From positions 1 to 47,167 of the forward strand of contig CAYVQB010000006.1 in the NCBI GenBank assembly GCA_964453985.1: 47,167 bases of DNA, given 5' to 3'. A program made the translations under genes and the position numbers. The notes beneath the pieces were generated by a model. It saw nothing but the letters and a program-made list of their open reading frames with translations. It had not been told where the DNA came from and made no database searches. The first letter of the stretch is position 1. The number at the start of each line of letters is the position of its first letter. This DNA comes from an uncultured Pseudomonadota bacterium. GTDB taxonomy: Bacteria; Babelota; Babeliae; Babelales; UASB340. Below, one piece after another: positions 17,838-27,047 of the stretch.

Positions 17838-19154
17838 CTACTTTGTCAAAACATGTATAATATGGTTTAGAGTCTTTTCCCGTAATACGGACTGCTCTAA
17901 CATGCCTTTTTGTAAGGGGAGTTCACTCTCTTCGAGTTTCTCATAAATGGGCTTGAAATAAACAAACTCTTTTAATCTGTTGTTATTGAATAAATATAGA
18001 TAATTTTGTATATCTTTATGATCTATTTTAATATTTTCTTTATAGGCTATTTGATCTATTAAAATCTCTTCTTTTATGACTTTCTCGGCTAAAGTCTCTA
18101 TCTGATAAAGAAAGTCATCTTGTTGTTTGTATACTTGATAGTCAGGGTGTTGCTTTAGGGATAGTATGATATCTTCTTCTCTTCTGATAACAAAATGCTT
18201 GGGTATCTCAAAGCGATGCTTTGAGAGTAATAAATGAAATAGTTCATCTATTATTGTTTTACGTTGCGAAACGTCATTTCTATAAGAGAAGACTTCTATT
18301 AATTTTTTGTGAACTTCAAGCTTGCTCTTAAGTTTAAATGTAGTCTTGAAAGATTCTAGCGAGAAACATGAGCCTTTGGCTATCATTTTTATTGTTATCA
18401 AGAAAGGATATTCATTGCTGCTGGCTTCAGAAGAAAAGTGATTCTCACCGGGTAGCTTGTTGGTAATAAAGCTTTCATCAACTTTCTTTTCTATTAATTC
18501 TTGAAGAAATGGTTTCGTGAGGTATTTATTATTAATTTTTATCCAGAAGGTACTTTTGAAATCAGCAATTATTGGTTTTTGCTTTTTATCCAGAAGCACT
18601 GCGTCAAAGCATACCCAGTCATCTTCTTGGACAATGTCGATATCTTGTTTTCTAAATAGTGTAGATTCTCTTTTTATAAAGTAATCTACTTGTCTATCCA
18701 GGTCTTTATATCTTTTTCTTTTGGGTGCCCTGAATACAAAATTTTTCCATTCTTTTAATTCTATTGGATCTGCAACAGAAAGATTAAACGAAAAAGCAGC
18801 TTCTTTTTGTGGAATAATTTTTATATCAGTAAGTCTTGGGTAATTGGTTAGTACTATTTTTTTGCTTCTTATTTGATCCATTAGAAAGTCTAAAATAGTA
18901 TGTTTGAATAGAAAGTTCTTCAGGTTGTTTTCTATTTCATGTTTAAAGTTTTCTTTTAGATATTCAGCGGGAATAGTATCCTTTTTAAAGCCAGGTAAAA
19001 TTGTTTGTCTTTTGTATAGCTCTATAGTTTGAAGATAAATTGGATCGATAATGTTTTTTGGAATTTGTATGGTTGTCTTTAACAGGTGAGAAGTTATTGG
19101 ACTTGTTTGAAACAATAGTCTGTTTGTACTGTTTTTTTCTTTACTACTATCCAT
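17838..19154 (-). CDS. tig: trigger factor (divergent)
   Basis: The ILPGFKKDTIP loop matches the GFRxGxxP ribosome-binding signature near the N-terminus, and the protein is colinear with a three-domain TF. Start trimmed to the ATG at 19154 (AAGGAGAG RBS); the upstream 31 codons of the track ORF are antisense tRNA-Leu. Confidence 0.7.
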   Translation of the reverse strand: MDSSKEKNSTNRLLFQTSPITSHLLKTTIQIPKNIIDPIYLQTIELYKRQTILPGFKKDTIPAEYLKENFKHEIENNLKNFLFKHTILDFLMDQIRSKKIVLTNYPRLTDIKIIPQKEAAFSFNLSVADPIELKEWKNFVFRAPKRKRYKDLDRQVDYFIKRESTLFRKQDIDIVQEDDWVCFDAVLLDKKQKPIIADFKSTFWIKINNKYLTKPFLQELIEKKVDESFITNKLPGENHFSSEASSNEYPFLITIKMIAKGSCFSLESFKTTFKLKSKLEVHKKLIEVFSYRNDVSQRKTIIDELFHLLLSKHRFEIPKHFVIRREEDIILSLKQHPDYQVYKQQDDFLYQIETLAEKVIKEEILIDQIAYKENIKIDHKDIQNYLYLFNNNRLKEFVYFKPIYEKLEESELPLQKGMLEQSVLREKTLNHIIHVLTK

Positions 19155-19166
19155 GGACTCTCCTTT

Positions 19167-19253
19167 TGGTGCAAGAGGGGGGACTCGAACCCCCATCCTC
19201 TTTCGAGGGCTGGCTCCTAAGGCCAGTGCGTCTACCAATTTCGCCACTCTTGC
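19167..19253 (-). tRNA. tRNA-Leu (anticodon UAG), type II with long variable arm, CCA encoded
   Basis: GCAAGAG acceptor stem, anticodon stem CTGGC/GCCAG with loop CTTAGGA, variable arm CCTC-GAAA-GAGG, T arm GGGGG-TTCGAGT-CCCCC, then CTCTTGC-A-CCA. Confidence 0.9.
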
Positions 19254-19296
19254 CGATGGTGAAACATATTTTTAATATGTCTAAAAACAATAAAAA

Positions 19297-19372
19297 TGGT
19301 GGGTCGCCAGGGACTCGAACCCTGAACCTGCAGATTAAGAGTCTGTTGCTCTACCAATTGAGCTAGCAACCC
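19297..19372 (-). tRNA. tRNA-Lys (anticodon CUU), CCA encoded
   Basis: GGGTTGC acceptor stem, D arm TAGCTCAATTGGTAGAGC, anticodon loop CTCTTAA, T arm CAGGG-TTCGAGT-CCCTG, then GCGACCC-A-CCA. Confidence 0.9.
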
Positions 19373-19457
19373 ATGCTATTTTCATGTAAAATCATTTTAT
19401 CAGAGATCAACCAGAAAATGAAGCCTCAATTTTAAAGATTAAAAAATAGGGATATTT

Positions 19458-20492
19458 ATGAATTTGGATTCCCCTTTGGAGTTATTGAATTTACAAGAGA
19501 CAACAGAAGATAAAGCGATTACTTTTGAACCGTCTTCTTTTGATGATTATCTTGGTCAGCATGAAATTAAAGAGAAGCTTTTTGTTTATACAAAAGCTTG
19601 TAAAGCTCGAGAAGATGCGCTTGATCATGTTTTGCTTTTTGGGCCTCCCGGGCTTGGCAAAACTACTTTGGCAAAAGTAATAGCAAAAGAATTGGGGGTG
19701 AATCTCAAAATTACTAGTGCTCCAATTTTAGAACGTAGTGGTGATCTGGTTGCTATTCTTTCTAATCTTTCAGATAAAGAGGTTCTCTTTATTGATGAAA
19801 TTCACAGACTACCTAAAAATGTTGAAGAGATATTATATAGCGCCATGGAAAATTTTTGTGTAGACATGATCATTGGTCAAGGTGCTGGTGCAAAATCTAT
19901 CAGGTTGCCCTTAAAACAATTTACTTTGATTGGAGCAACAACTAAGACCTCTTTGATTTCAGGGCCTCTACAGACTCGTTTTGGCATCGTTGAGCGTTTA
20001 GATTTTTACGAGCCTGAAGATCTTGCTGAGATTGTCACTCAGAATGCAAATTTTTTAGGTTTACCTATTTTGCCTGAGGCTGCATTCTCTATTGGCAAAA
20101 GAGCAAGAGGTACTCCCCGAATTGTAAAAAGAATTTTGAGGCGTGTAAGAGACTTTGCTCAAGTTCATGAGCACGAAGTTATTAATATAGAGATTGTAGA
20201 TTTGGCTCTAAAATTTTTAGGGATAGACGAAGATGGTCTTAATAAACTTGATCGCAAACTTTTGACTCATATTATTAAAGACTTTGATGGTGGACCTGTT
20301 GGTGTAGAAACTCTTGCTGCGTTGACTGGTGAAGATAGAGAGACTTTGGAAGATGTTTGTGAGCCATTTTTAATTCGATTAGGCTTATTATTAAAGACAT
20401 CTAGAGGGCGACAGATTGCGCCCAAAAAGTTTTTGTATCTTAAACGTAAGCTTTTGAACGAAAAAATTGATGGACAAGTAAATCTGTTTTAA
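19458..20492 (+). CDS. ruvB: Holliday junction branch migration helicase RuvB
   Basis: Walker A GPPGLGKTT, Walker B LFIDEIHRL and a RuvB C-terminal winged-helix pattern. Confidence 0.95.
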   Translation: MNLDSPLELLNLQETTEDKAITFEPSSFDDYLGQHEIKEKLFVYTKACKAREDALDHVLLFGPPGLGKTTLAKVIAKELGVNLKITSAPILERSGDLVAILSNLSDKEVLFIDEIHRLPKNVEEILYSAMENFCVDMIIGQGAGAKSIRLPLKQFTLIGATTKTSLISGPLQTRFGIVERLDFYEPEDLAEIVTQNANFLGLPILPEAAFSIGKRARGTPRIVKRILRRVRDFAQVHEHEVINIEIVDLALKFLGIDEDGLNKLDRKLLTHIIKDFDGGPVGVETLAALTGEDRETLEDVCEPFLIRLGLLLKTSRGRQIAPKKFLYLKRKLLNEKIDGQVNLF

Positions 20493-20501
20493 AGAAACGG
20501 T

Positions 20502-21065
20502 TTAGTGCCAAATGCTGCATTCATTATTGAGCCATGGACCTTGATTAGAACTATTGAGGAAAATACTGTTTTTATTTCTAAAAATACTACCAACTAGAAA
20601 TGGATCTCCATAGGTATTTGTATTTTCTTCAGGTATTTCATCATCATCATCATATTCTTCTTGAGGTGTTTCTGTTAGAGGTTCTTCATCTTCTTGCAGC
20701 ACAAGATCGTCATTACTTTCAAAAGATTTATATGGATTGATCGCAAATTCATTTGTTTTTATTATAAAGCTGTAATAAATGTTATATGGGGTATAGTCGG
20801 GTCCAGATTCAAATTCTATAATCAAATTCTTGTTATGGTTATCTGAAGAAAATTTAATATTTTTTGCAGTATCTTTTTCAACGCTTATGCAAATAGTTTT
20901 TCTTTTTGGGTCTTGTTCAAGTTGAATTTCAGAGAGACAGTAGATTTCAGTGTTTTTAAAAACAGGAATCTTTGTTTCTGCGTTTAAATCTCTTACTTCT
21001 AATCCATATAAATTGGTTGTAAAAAAAGAAATAATTAAGGTTAATAAAAGAAATTGTTTTTTCAT
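20502..21065 (-). CDS. secreted protein, short member of the MKKQF-leader family with an acidic C-terminal half
   Basis: Leader MKKQFLLLTLIISFF. The first 26 nt are nearly identical to the three upstream paralogues. Contains the acidic stretch EEYDDDDEIPEE. Confidence 0.6.
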   Translation of the reverse strand: MKKQFLLLTLIISFFTTNLYGLEVRDLNAETKIPVFKNTEIYCLSEIQLEQDPKRKTICISVEKDTAKNIKFSSDNHNKNLIIEFESGPDYTPYNIYYSFIIKTNEFAINPYKSFESNDDLVLQEDEEPLTETPQEEYDDDDEIPEENTNTYGDPFLVGSIFRNKNSIFLNSSNQGPWLNNECSIWH

Positions 21066-21091
21066 GTTTTTACTTTCATCAATTATTCTCC

Positions 21092-21898
21092 TTATTGACT
21101 GATCCCAAAACTTGCTAAAAGTTGAGCAGGATCAAAACCGCTTATTTGAACTGAGTCAAGCTGATTGTTTTGTTGAAAATGATTTCCTGGTCCGCTTATT
21201 TCATTAATGTTTTGTTGCCCAGGATTTCCAAGAACAGTTACGTTTCCATCCCCATTTATAGTTTGACTGATCCTGTCTATTACAGATACTATTGCAGTGC
21301 TGTCACCTTCAATGTTTATATCGCAGGAACTGCTTTTTAGAAATTTGGCATTATATCCTGCAGTGTTTCCCTTAATTTTTACATCCTGTGTTTCAGTTTG
21401 GCCACCCAAATGTATGTAACCTGATCCCTCAACTAAGACATTGAGATTGTTTGTGCGTAGATTTCCAAGGTTAATATTTGATTGCATAAAGTTAACAGGG
21501 TTTTTTATTTCCAAAGTTAAGTTTCCTGTCAGGGTTACTCCTGGGTGAACACTTATCATGTTGTTTATTCCTTGGAGAGATATTTTTTGCAAAGATAATG
21601 TTTTTGTTGGGATTAGCATTATCAAGCCTAGGGGTTTATTATCTTCTGGATTACGTTTTAGTATGAGCTTTTTATCTTGTATGTTGTAACAAAACTCGGT
21701 AGGATTGTCCTGCTCTTCAGGAAGCAATGTTATGTTTGGTGTTCCGGGTCTATACATTAGTGTTAGCCGAATGTGTTCGTGTATTTCTATTTCATTAAAA
21801 CTATTTATAATCAGACTATCAGTTTCCTGCGAATCCATTGTTTTTGCGATATTTATAGAAAAAAATAAGAGAGTTAATAAAATAAATTGTTTTTTCAT
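21092..21898 (-). CDS. secreted DUF2807/head-GIN-like repeat protein (putative adhesin-like beta-helix)
   Basis: Leader MKKQFILLTLLFFSINI. The repeat pattern VEGSGYIHLGG...IKGNTAGYNA..L....CDINIEGDS...INGDGNVTVLGNP resembles DUF2807. Confidence 0.55.
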   Translation of the reverse strand: MKKQFILLTLLFFSINIAKTMDSQETDSLIINSFNEIEIHEHIRLTLMYRPGTPNITLLPEEQDNPTEFCYNIQDKKLILKRNPEDNKPLGLIMLIPTKTLSLQKISLQGINNMISVHPGVTLTGNLTLEIKNPVNFMQSNINLGNLRTNNLNVLVEGSGYIHLGGQTETQDVKIKGNTAGYNAKFLKSSSCDINIEGDSTAIVSVIDRISQTINGDGNVTVLGNPGQQNINEISGPGNHFQQNNQLDSVQISGFDPAQLLASFGISQ

Positions 21899-21944
21899 GG
21901 TATGACCTTTGTATTAGGGGGTTAAAAGAAATTTTTAATTCTAT

Positions 21945-22910
21945 TTAGTTCAAGGCTAATTCTACTGGTCGCGTAAGCTTATAAATATTGAGGTCGAGTT
22001 GTTTGTGAGGTAGGGTTGTTGTTAATTCTTCTGTTTGTATGATTGCTGTCATTTTTCCTAGCTTATTTTCTCTTAGCATTTTTCTTTTGGTTTCAGACAT
22101 ATTTTCTAGGGTACATATTTGTTGAGATGGTAATATACGTGGTGATGTGAGGATGCATGTTTCACTCTGAAGTTTCTGAGCATTATAGTCACAAGTTCCT
22201 TTCATGTTAATTATTTGAGTTTGTGTGTGTCCAGCTAAGGTTATATGGGCACAATTAAGGTTTGCAGTTAATGAGTTTAGCTCTAAATTTGATGCCTCAA
22301 GTATGCTGACTGAGAGGTCTAATATCAAGTGTTTTTGTTGTAAGTTTACCATTTTTATGTTGCAGCAATATCTTGCTTTAATTCTAGAAATAGTAGGAAG
22401 CTTTATATTTATTACGGGTATATTATTTGTTATAAAGCTAGTTTCAGTATCGTGTTTTATCACTAAGGTTTTTGTATCTTCTTTTATTTGTGTTTTAATT
22501 AAAGGTAGTATGTTGTCATCGGCTTTGATTGTTATTTCTGGATTGTTATTTTGTTCAATTTCCACATCATATGGTCCGTAAATTTCTATATTTTCAAAAA
22601 ATTTTTGGGTGGGGATAGATATGCTTTTTTGTTTGTTTGATCCAAACTGTATTTCTGTGTCGGAGTAAAATTTTATGTCAGAATCGTCAATATAAATATC
22701 TGCATTCTTTAAATATGCACTTATTAGTTCTATTTTTTTGTTGGCGCTTTCTATTGTGAGATTTCTGATCATAGATTTCTTGAAAGATACAGTCATACTA
22801 TATCCTTTTATATGACAATCCATTATTTTACTTGTTGCAAAAACAGATGGGGCGTTAGTTGCTATTGCTAAAAAGTTGATTAATAAAATAAATTGTTTTT
22901 TCAGGATCAT
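21945..22910 (-). CDS. secreted DUF2807/head-GIN-like protein, longer paralogue
   Basis: Leader MILKKQFILLINFLAIA. FENIEIYGPYDVEIEQNNNPEITIKADDNILPLIKTQIKEDTKTLVIK matches the N-terminal DUF2807 pattern. ATGA overlap with the upstream gene. Confidence 0.55.
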   Translation of the reverse strand: MILKKQFILLINFLAIATNAPSVFATSKIMDCHIKGYSMTVSFKKSMIRNLTIESANKKIELISAYLKNADIYIDDSDIKFYSDTEIQFGSNKQKSISIPTQKFFENIEIYGPYDVEIEQNNNPEITIKADDNILPLIKTQIKEDTKTLVIKHDTETSFITNNIPVINIKLPTISRIKARYCCNIKMVNLQQKHLILDLSVSILEASNLELNSLTANLNCAHITLAGHTQTQIINMKGTCDYNAQKLQSETCILTSPRILPSQQICTLENMSETKRKMLRENKLGKMTAIIQTEELTTTLPHKQLDLNIYKLTRPVELALN

Positions 22911-23677
22911 CCTTCAGCCTCCTCCTGAATGTAGATTAAATAATCATCAGCTAAAACCTGTTTGATTTCTTCGGGGGTAGGGGGATCACAGTAGCTACAA
23001 ACTGATAAGTTATTATCTCCAGGTATGGTTTTTGAAAGTTTATTTTTTACGCAAATGGATGCGAAGTTGTTTCCGATTATATTTATATCACAGTAATCAC
23101 TTTTAAGTTTTTTTGCAATATAGCCACAATGTCTTTTAATACTATTTATTTTTATAGTTTGTGTTTTAGTCTGGCCTGCTAAACTTAGGTTGCCGGCTGT
23201 ATCTTGAATTGAAACATTGAGATTGTTTGTACGCAGAGATTCGAGACGAACATCTGTTATACTGTTTTCTATTTCTATAGTTAGGTCTCCTATCAGAGTG
23301 ACAGGTGAAAAAATATGCATTAAGATATTTTTTGCAGAAAGAGATAGTTTTTTAAGTGATAATGTTTCTGTTGGTACAAGCATTATTGCATTGCACGAAA
23401 AATCTAATACTAGTTTTTTACCTTCCATGGCGCAATAAAATTCCTTAGGACGCCTCATTCCTTCAATATGTAAAGTTATATCAGAGACATGATTACTATG
23501 TATCACTCTTAGGTGAGTATTTCCTTTTATTTCTATTTCATCAAAAGGATCTGTAATTTCTACCTCGTTACACTCATTTATAATTAGATTTTTTCTATTT
23601 TGAGAATCCATTGAATTTAAGATATTTATAGAAAAAAATAAGATAGCTAATAAAATAGATTGTTTTTTCATGACCAC
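22907..23677 (-). CDS. secreted DUF2807/head-GIN-like protein, close paralogue of 21092-21898
   Basis: Leader M(VM)KKQSILLAILFFSINI. Colinear with 21092-21898 (LRTNNLNV shared). The start may be the ATG at 23671. Confidence 0.55.
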   Translation of the reverse strand: MVMKKQSILLAILFFSINILNSMDSQNRKNLIINECNEVEITDPFDEIEIKGNTHLRVIHSNHVSDITLHIEGMRRPKEFYCAMEGKKLVLDFSCNAIMLVPTETLSLKKLSLSAKNILMHIFSPVTLIGDLTIEIENSITDVRLESLRTNNLNVSIQDTAGNLSLAGQTKTQTIKINSIKRHCGYIAKKLKSDYCDINIIGNNFASICVKNKLSKTIPGDNNLSVCSYCDPPTPEEIKQVLADDYLIYIQEEAEG

Positions 23678-23993
23678 CTTTTTTTATATATTAAAATGAT
23701 ATTTTTTATAATCAGTCATGATATCAAGTTTAGTTTAAGACAGCAATGAGATTAGAAACAAAAAATACGGTTACTTTGACAGTTTGAATATATTTGGTAG
23801 GCTCTTTATAGTTAATTTAAAAGGGTTTTATATGAATTTTGTATTTAAAATATTTATCAAAAATATTTCTTATCATCATTTCCATGGCCATTTGGCCTAA
23901 ATATCCAACTTTTCTAATAAAAATCAATTATTTATCATATTTTTGTTATTTTAAGCTTATAGAGTTTTAAATTTTAAATTTTAAGGAAATACC

Positions 23994-25370
23994 GTGAATA
24001 TGTTCATATATCTTCTTATGGGGTTGTCGGTTGTATACCTTTTGTTAGGTTTGTTTGTATCAAAAGGTATAGAAACAAACGAAGATTACTTTCTAGCCGG
24101 GCGTAAAGTAGGCTTATGGCCATTGACCTTTACTTTAATAGCCACACAAATTGGTGGTGGCATGCTTTTAGGTTCAGCCCAAGAGAGTTACTACTTTGGT
24201 TATTACGGGATTTTTTATACATTGGGCATGAGTCTAGGTTTTTTATTATTAGGTTGTGGCTTTGCTTCTAAATTAAGATTATTTAATGTTTCAACCGTAG
24301 CGGAACTTTTTGAGACAAAGTATAAATCTGTTTTGCTTAAGAAAGTTGCATCTGCGGTTTCTGCGGTATCCTTATGTGGACTTCTGGCTGGTCAGGTTGT
24401 AGCACTTAAAAGCTTATTATGGGGATTGGGCATTGATAATAATTTAGTATTCTTTGCTTTCTGGGCGTTCATTATAATTTATACGATGATGGGTGGCTTA
24501 AAGGCTGTTATAGCAACAGACTTAGCTCAAGTATTATTTTTGTTATTAGTTTTTACATGTATATTTTTGTATAGCTTATCTTGTGAGCCGGCTTCTTTTT
24601 TTAATTTTAAAAATATGTTTATGGCCCAAAGATCATTTGAGACGGGTAGGTCTACATTTGTAAAGCTTTTTCCTGTGTTAATCTCGCCCATGTTCTTTTC
24701 TTTAATAGAGCAAGATTTAGGACAAAGATTCTTTGCTGCAAAGACAAAAAAGATAGCAGCTCTAGCTGCTATCTTTTCAAGTATTGCTTTATTATTATTT
24801 TCTTTTGTCCCTGTATATTTTGGGATGAAAGCGCGATTAACTGGTGTTGATATTGCATTTGGCGCAAGCCCATTGATTCCAGTGATTGGTAATATGACAA
24901 ATAATTTTGTTTTAGCTTTAGTTGTGTGTGGTTTGAGTGCAGCAATTACTTCTACAGCAGATTCTTTGTTATGCGCAATAAGTTCTAATATCGCTCAAGA
25001 TTTTGATTTTGCTTTTATAAAAAAGCGAAGTAAATTGTCGATATCAAAAGCTGTTACTTTTTTAATAGGTTTATTGGCTTTGTTAGTTGGTTATTTTGCT
25101 GAAAACATTATTGAAATGTTAGTACAAAGCTATGAATTGTTGATCAGTTGCTTGTTTGTTCCTGTTTTCTTTTGTTTTTTTAAAAAGAGTTTTAATAAGC
25201 AATCTGCAGCATATTCAATGGCTTTTGGCGCGTTGGGTTTTATATTTTTTAAATTTTATCCAATGGAACAGCTGAATTTCCCTAATGATATTATAGTTTT
25301 GTCTTTTTCTTTATTGGGATATTTGATAGGTCCTTTTTTATGGGCTGGTCGACAAATAAAAGAAAAATAG
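23994..25370 (+). CDS. sodium:solute symporter family (SSS) transporter
   Basis: 458 aa, polytopic. The N-terminal DYFLAGRKVG...ATQIGGGMLLG pattern is typical of the SSF family. GTG start with an AAGGA RBS (ATG 6 nt downstream is an alternative). Confidence 0.8.
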   Translation: MNMFIYLLMGLSVVYLLLGLFVSKGIETNEDYFLAGRKVGLWPLTFTLIATQIGGGMLLGSAQESYYFGYYGIFYTLGMSLGFLLLGCGFASKLRLFNVSTVAELFETKYKSVLLKKVASAVSAVSLCGLLAGQVVALKSLLWGLGIDNNLVFFAFWAFIIIYTMMGGLKAVIATDLAQVLFLLLVFTCIFLYSLSCEPASFFNFKNMFMAQRSFETGRSTFVKLFPVLISPMFFSLIEQDLGQRFFAAKTKKIAALAAIFSSIALLLFSFVPVYFGMKARLTGVDIAFGASPLIPVIGNMTNNFVLALVVCGLSAAITSTADSLLCAISSNIAQDFDFAFIKKRSKLSISKAVTFLIGLLALLVGYFAENIIEMLVQSYELLISCLFVPVFFCFFKKSFNKQSAAYSMAFGALGFIFFKFYPMEQLNFPNDIIVLSFSLLGYLIGPFLWAGRQIKEK

Positions 25371-25425
25371 TTAAATTTATATTTTAAGATATATCTATTT
25401 ATTTTAAGATTTAGGAGTGCAAGTT

Positions 25426-26145
25426 ATGTCAGGACATTCTAAATGGTCTACAATTAAGCATAAAAAAGCAAAAGAAGATGCAAAAAGGGGTAAAGTTTTT
25501 ACTAAATTAATTAGAGAGATTACGGTTGCGGCAAAAGAGAGCGGTGGTGATCCTGTTGGTAATGCAAAATTGCGATTGGTTTTGGAGAAAGCAAAAGCTG
25601 CAAATATGCCTCAGGATAATATTACTCGTGCAATAAAAAAAGGCACAGGTGAGCTTGATGGTGTTAGTTATGAGCCTGCAATTTATGAAGGTTATGGCCC
25701 ACATGGTGTTGCCGTTATCGTAGAAACTTTAAGTGATAATAAAAAAAGGACAGTTTCTGATTTAAGACATGTTTTTTCTAGATTGGGTGGTACATTGGCT
25801 GAATCTGGTGCTGTTGCTTGGATGTTCGAACACAAGGGTGTTGTTAGGGTTTTGGCTGACGAATTGTCAGAAGATGATCTTATTGAAAAAATGCTAGATT
25901 ACGATATCGAAGATGTGACAATAGGTGATAATGTTGCGTCTATTAGTTGTGATATGCATGATTTGGATAAGGTGAAAAAAGGAGCAGAGCAGTCGGGATT
26001 AACAATTGAAGATGTCGCAATTGAATGGATTCCTAAGAATACAGTTTCTGTAGAAGAACAAAATAAAGAAGAATCTATTTACAAATTTTTAGAAACTATA
26101 AACGACTTAGATGATGTTCAGAATATTTATGCAAATCTTGTTTAA
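25426..26145 (+). CDS. yebC: YebC/PmpR family DNA-binding regulator
   Basis: MSGHSKWSTIKHKKA...AKRGK..TKL is the family signature. AGGAG RBS 8 nt before the ATG at 25426. Confidence 0.9.
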   Translation: MSGHSKWSTIKHKKAKEDAKRGKVFTKLIREITVAAKESGGDPVGNAKLRLVLEKAKAANMPQDNITRAIKKGTGELDGVSYEPAIYEGYGPHGVAVIVETLSDNKKRTVSDLRHVFSRLGGTLAESGAVAWMFEHKGVVRVLADELSEDDLIEKMLDYDIEDVTIGDNVASISCDMHDLDKVKKGAEQSGLTIEDVAIEWIPKNTVSVEEQNKEESIYKFLETINDLDDVQNIYANLV

Positions 26146-26156
26146 GAGGTGTGATA

Positions 26157-27047
26157 GTGCTTTTTAGTATGACAGGTTTTAGTAGCCGAACCGTTTGTTT
26201 GCCTATTAATAAAAAAGAAAAGATTTTATTTCTGGTTGAGATAAAATCTGTAAACTCTAGATTTTTTGAAGCTGTTTGTAAGATTCCTTATGCCTTGAAC
26301 CATTTAGAAATAAAGATAATTCAAGAGCTCAAATCCAAGTTAATGAGAGGTCGTGTTTATCTTTCTATTAGACCAGAAGAAGATAGTGGCTCTTTTGAAA
26401 CCGTAAAGCCGTCCTTAAAGCTTATAGACGGTTACATTAAAGCTATAAAAGAGATAAAAACGAAATTTAAGATCTCAGGAGAGATTTCTGTTTCAGATTT
26501 TTTGACCTTACCGGATGTTTTTGTTACGCAAAAGACTAATATTAGTCAAAGTTTAGAAAAAGAAATTTTGAAAAATGTTAGTTTGGCTATTGATGAGTTG
26601 TTGGAGAGCAGGCTGGCTGAAGGTAAAAACTTACAAAAAGACTTAGAAAAAAGATTTGAAATTTGTGGACAAAAGGTTAATAAAATTAAAACAGCCTTTG
26701 AACGTTTGATGCAAAAATATAAGAAGCAAATTCAAGAGATTTTACCTTTACAAAAAGATGGCGATGACCAGACAAAACTTAAGCTTGATGAGCTTTATTC
26801 TATTTTGAATAAGATTGATGTTCATGAAGAAATTATTAGATTTAAGAGTCATTTAAGTCGTGTGAAAAAAGTCATCAAAGAAAAGACTGACGAAAAAGGT
26901 AAAAAACTTGATTTTATTTTGCAAGAATTAATGAGAGAATCTAATACTATATTGGCAAAATGTTCTGATGGTGATATCAGTGCAATGGCGGTTGATATAA
27001 AGGTTGAACTTGAAAAAGCCAGAGAACAGACCCAGAATATAGTCTAA
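26157..27047 (+). CDS. yicC: YicC family stress-induced protein
   Basis: (V)LFSMTGFS N-terminus and C-terminal LDFILQELMRESNTILAK...KVELEKAREQTQNIV match YicC. GTG at 26157 is favoured by AAGAGG spacing (track start is 26151). Confidence 0.85.
   Translation: MLFSMTGFSSRTVCLPINKKEKILFLVEIKSVNSRFFEAVCKIPYALNHLEIKIIQELKSKLMRGRVYLSIRPEEDSGSFETVKPSLKLIDGYIKAIKEIKTKFKISGEISVSDFLTLPDVFVTQKTNISQSLEKEILKNVSLAIDELLESRLAEGKNLQKDLEKRFEICGQKVNKIKTAFERLMQKYKKQIQEILPLQKDGDDQTKLKLDELYSILNKIDVHEEIIRFKSHLSRVKKVIKEKTDEKGKKLDFILQELMRESNTILAKCSDGDISAMAVDIKVELEKAREQTQNIV

Noticed and set aside
19155-19247. N-terminal extension MAKLVDALALGASPRKRMGVRVPPLAPKGES of the track ORF 17838-19247
   Set aside because: It is the antisense translation of tRNA-Leu (19167-19253). 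The real tig start is the ATG at 19154, which has an AAGGAG RBS.
19058-19366. 102-aa plus-strand ORF
   Set aside because: It runs through both tRNA genes and the tig 5' end on the opposite strand. Its composition (…GGLEPPSS…GTRTLNL…) is typical of translated tRNA sequence.
23832-23900. 22-codon His-rich mini-ORF (MNFVFKIFIKNISYHHFHGHLA) upstream of the SSS transporter
   Set aside because: It is too short, and there is no supporting conservation or attenuator structure visible. Noted only as a possible leader peptide.
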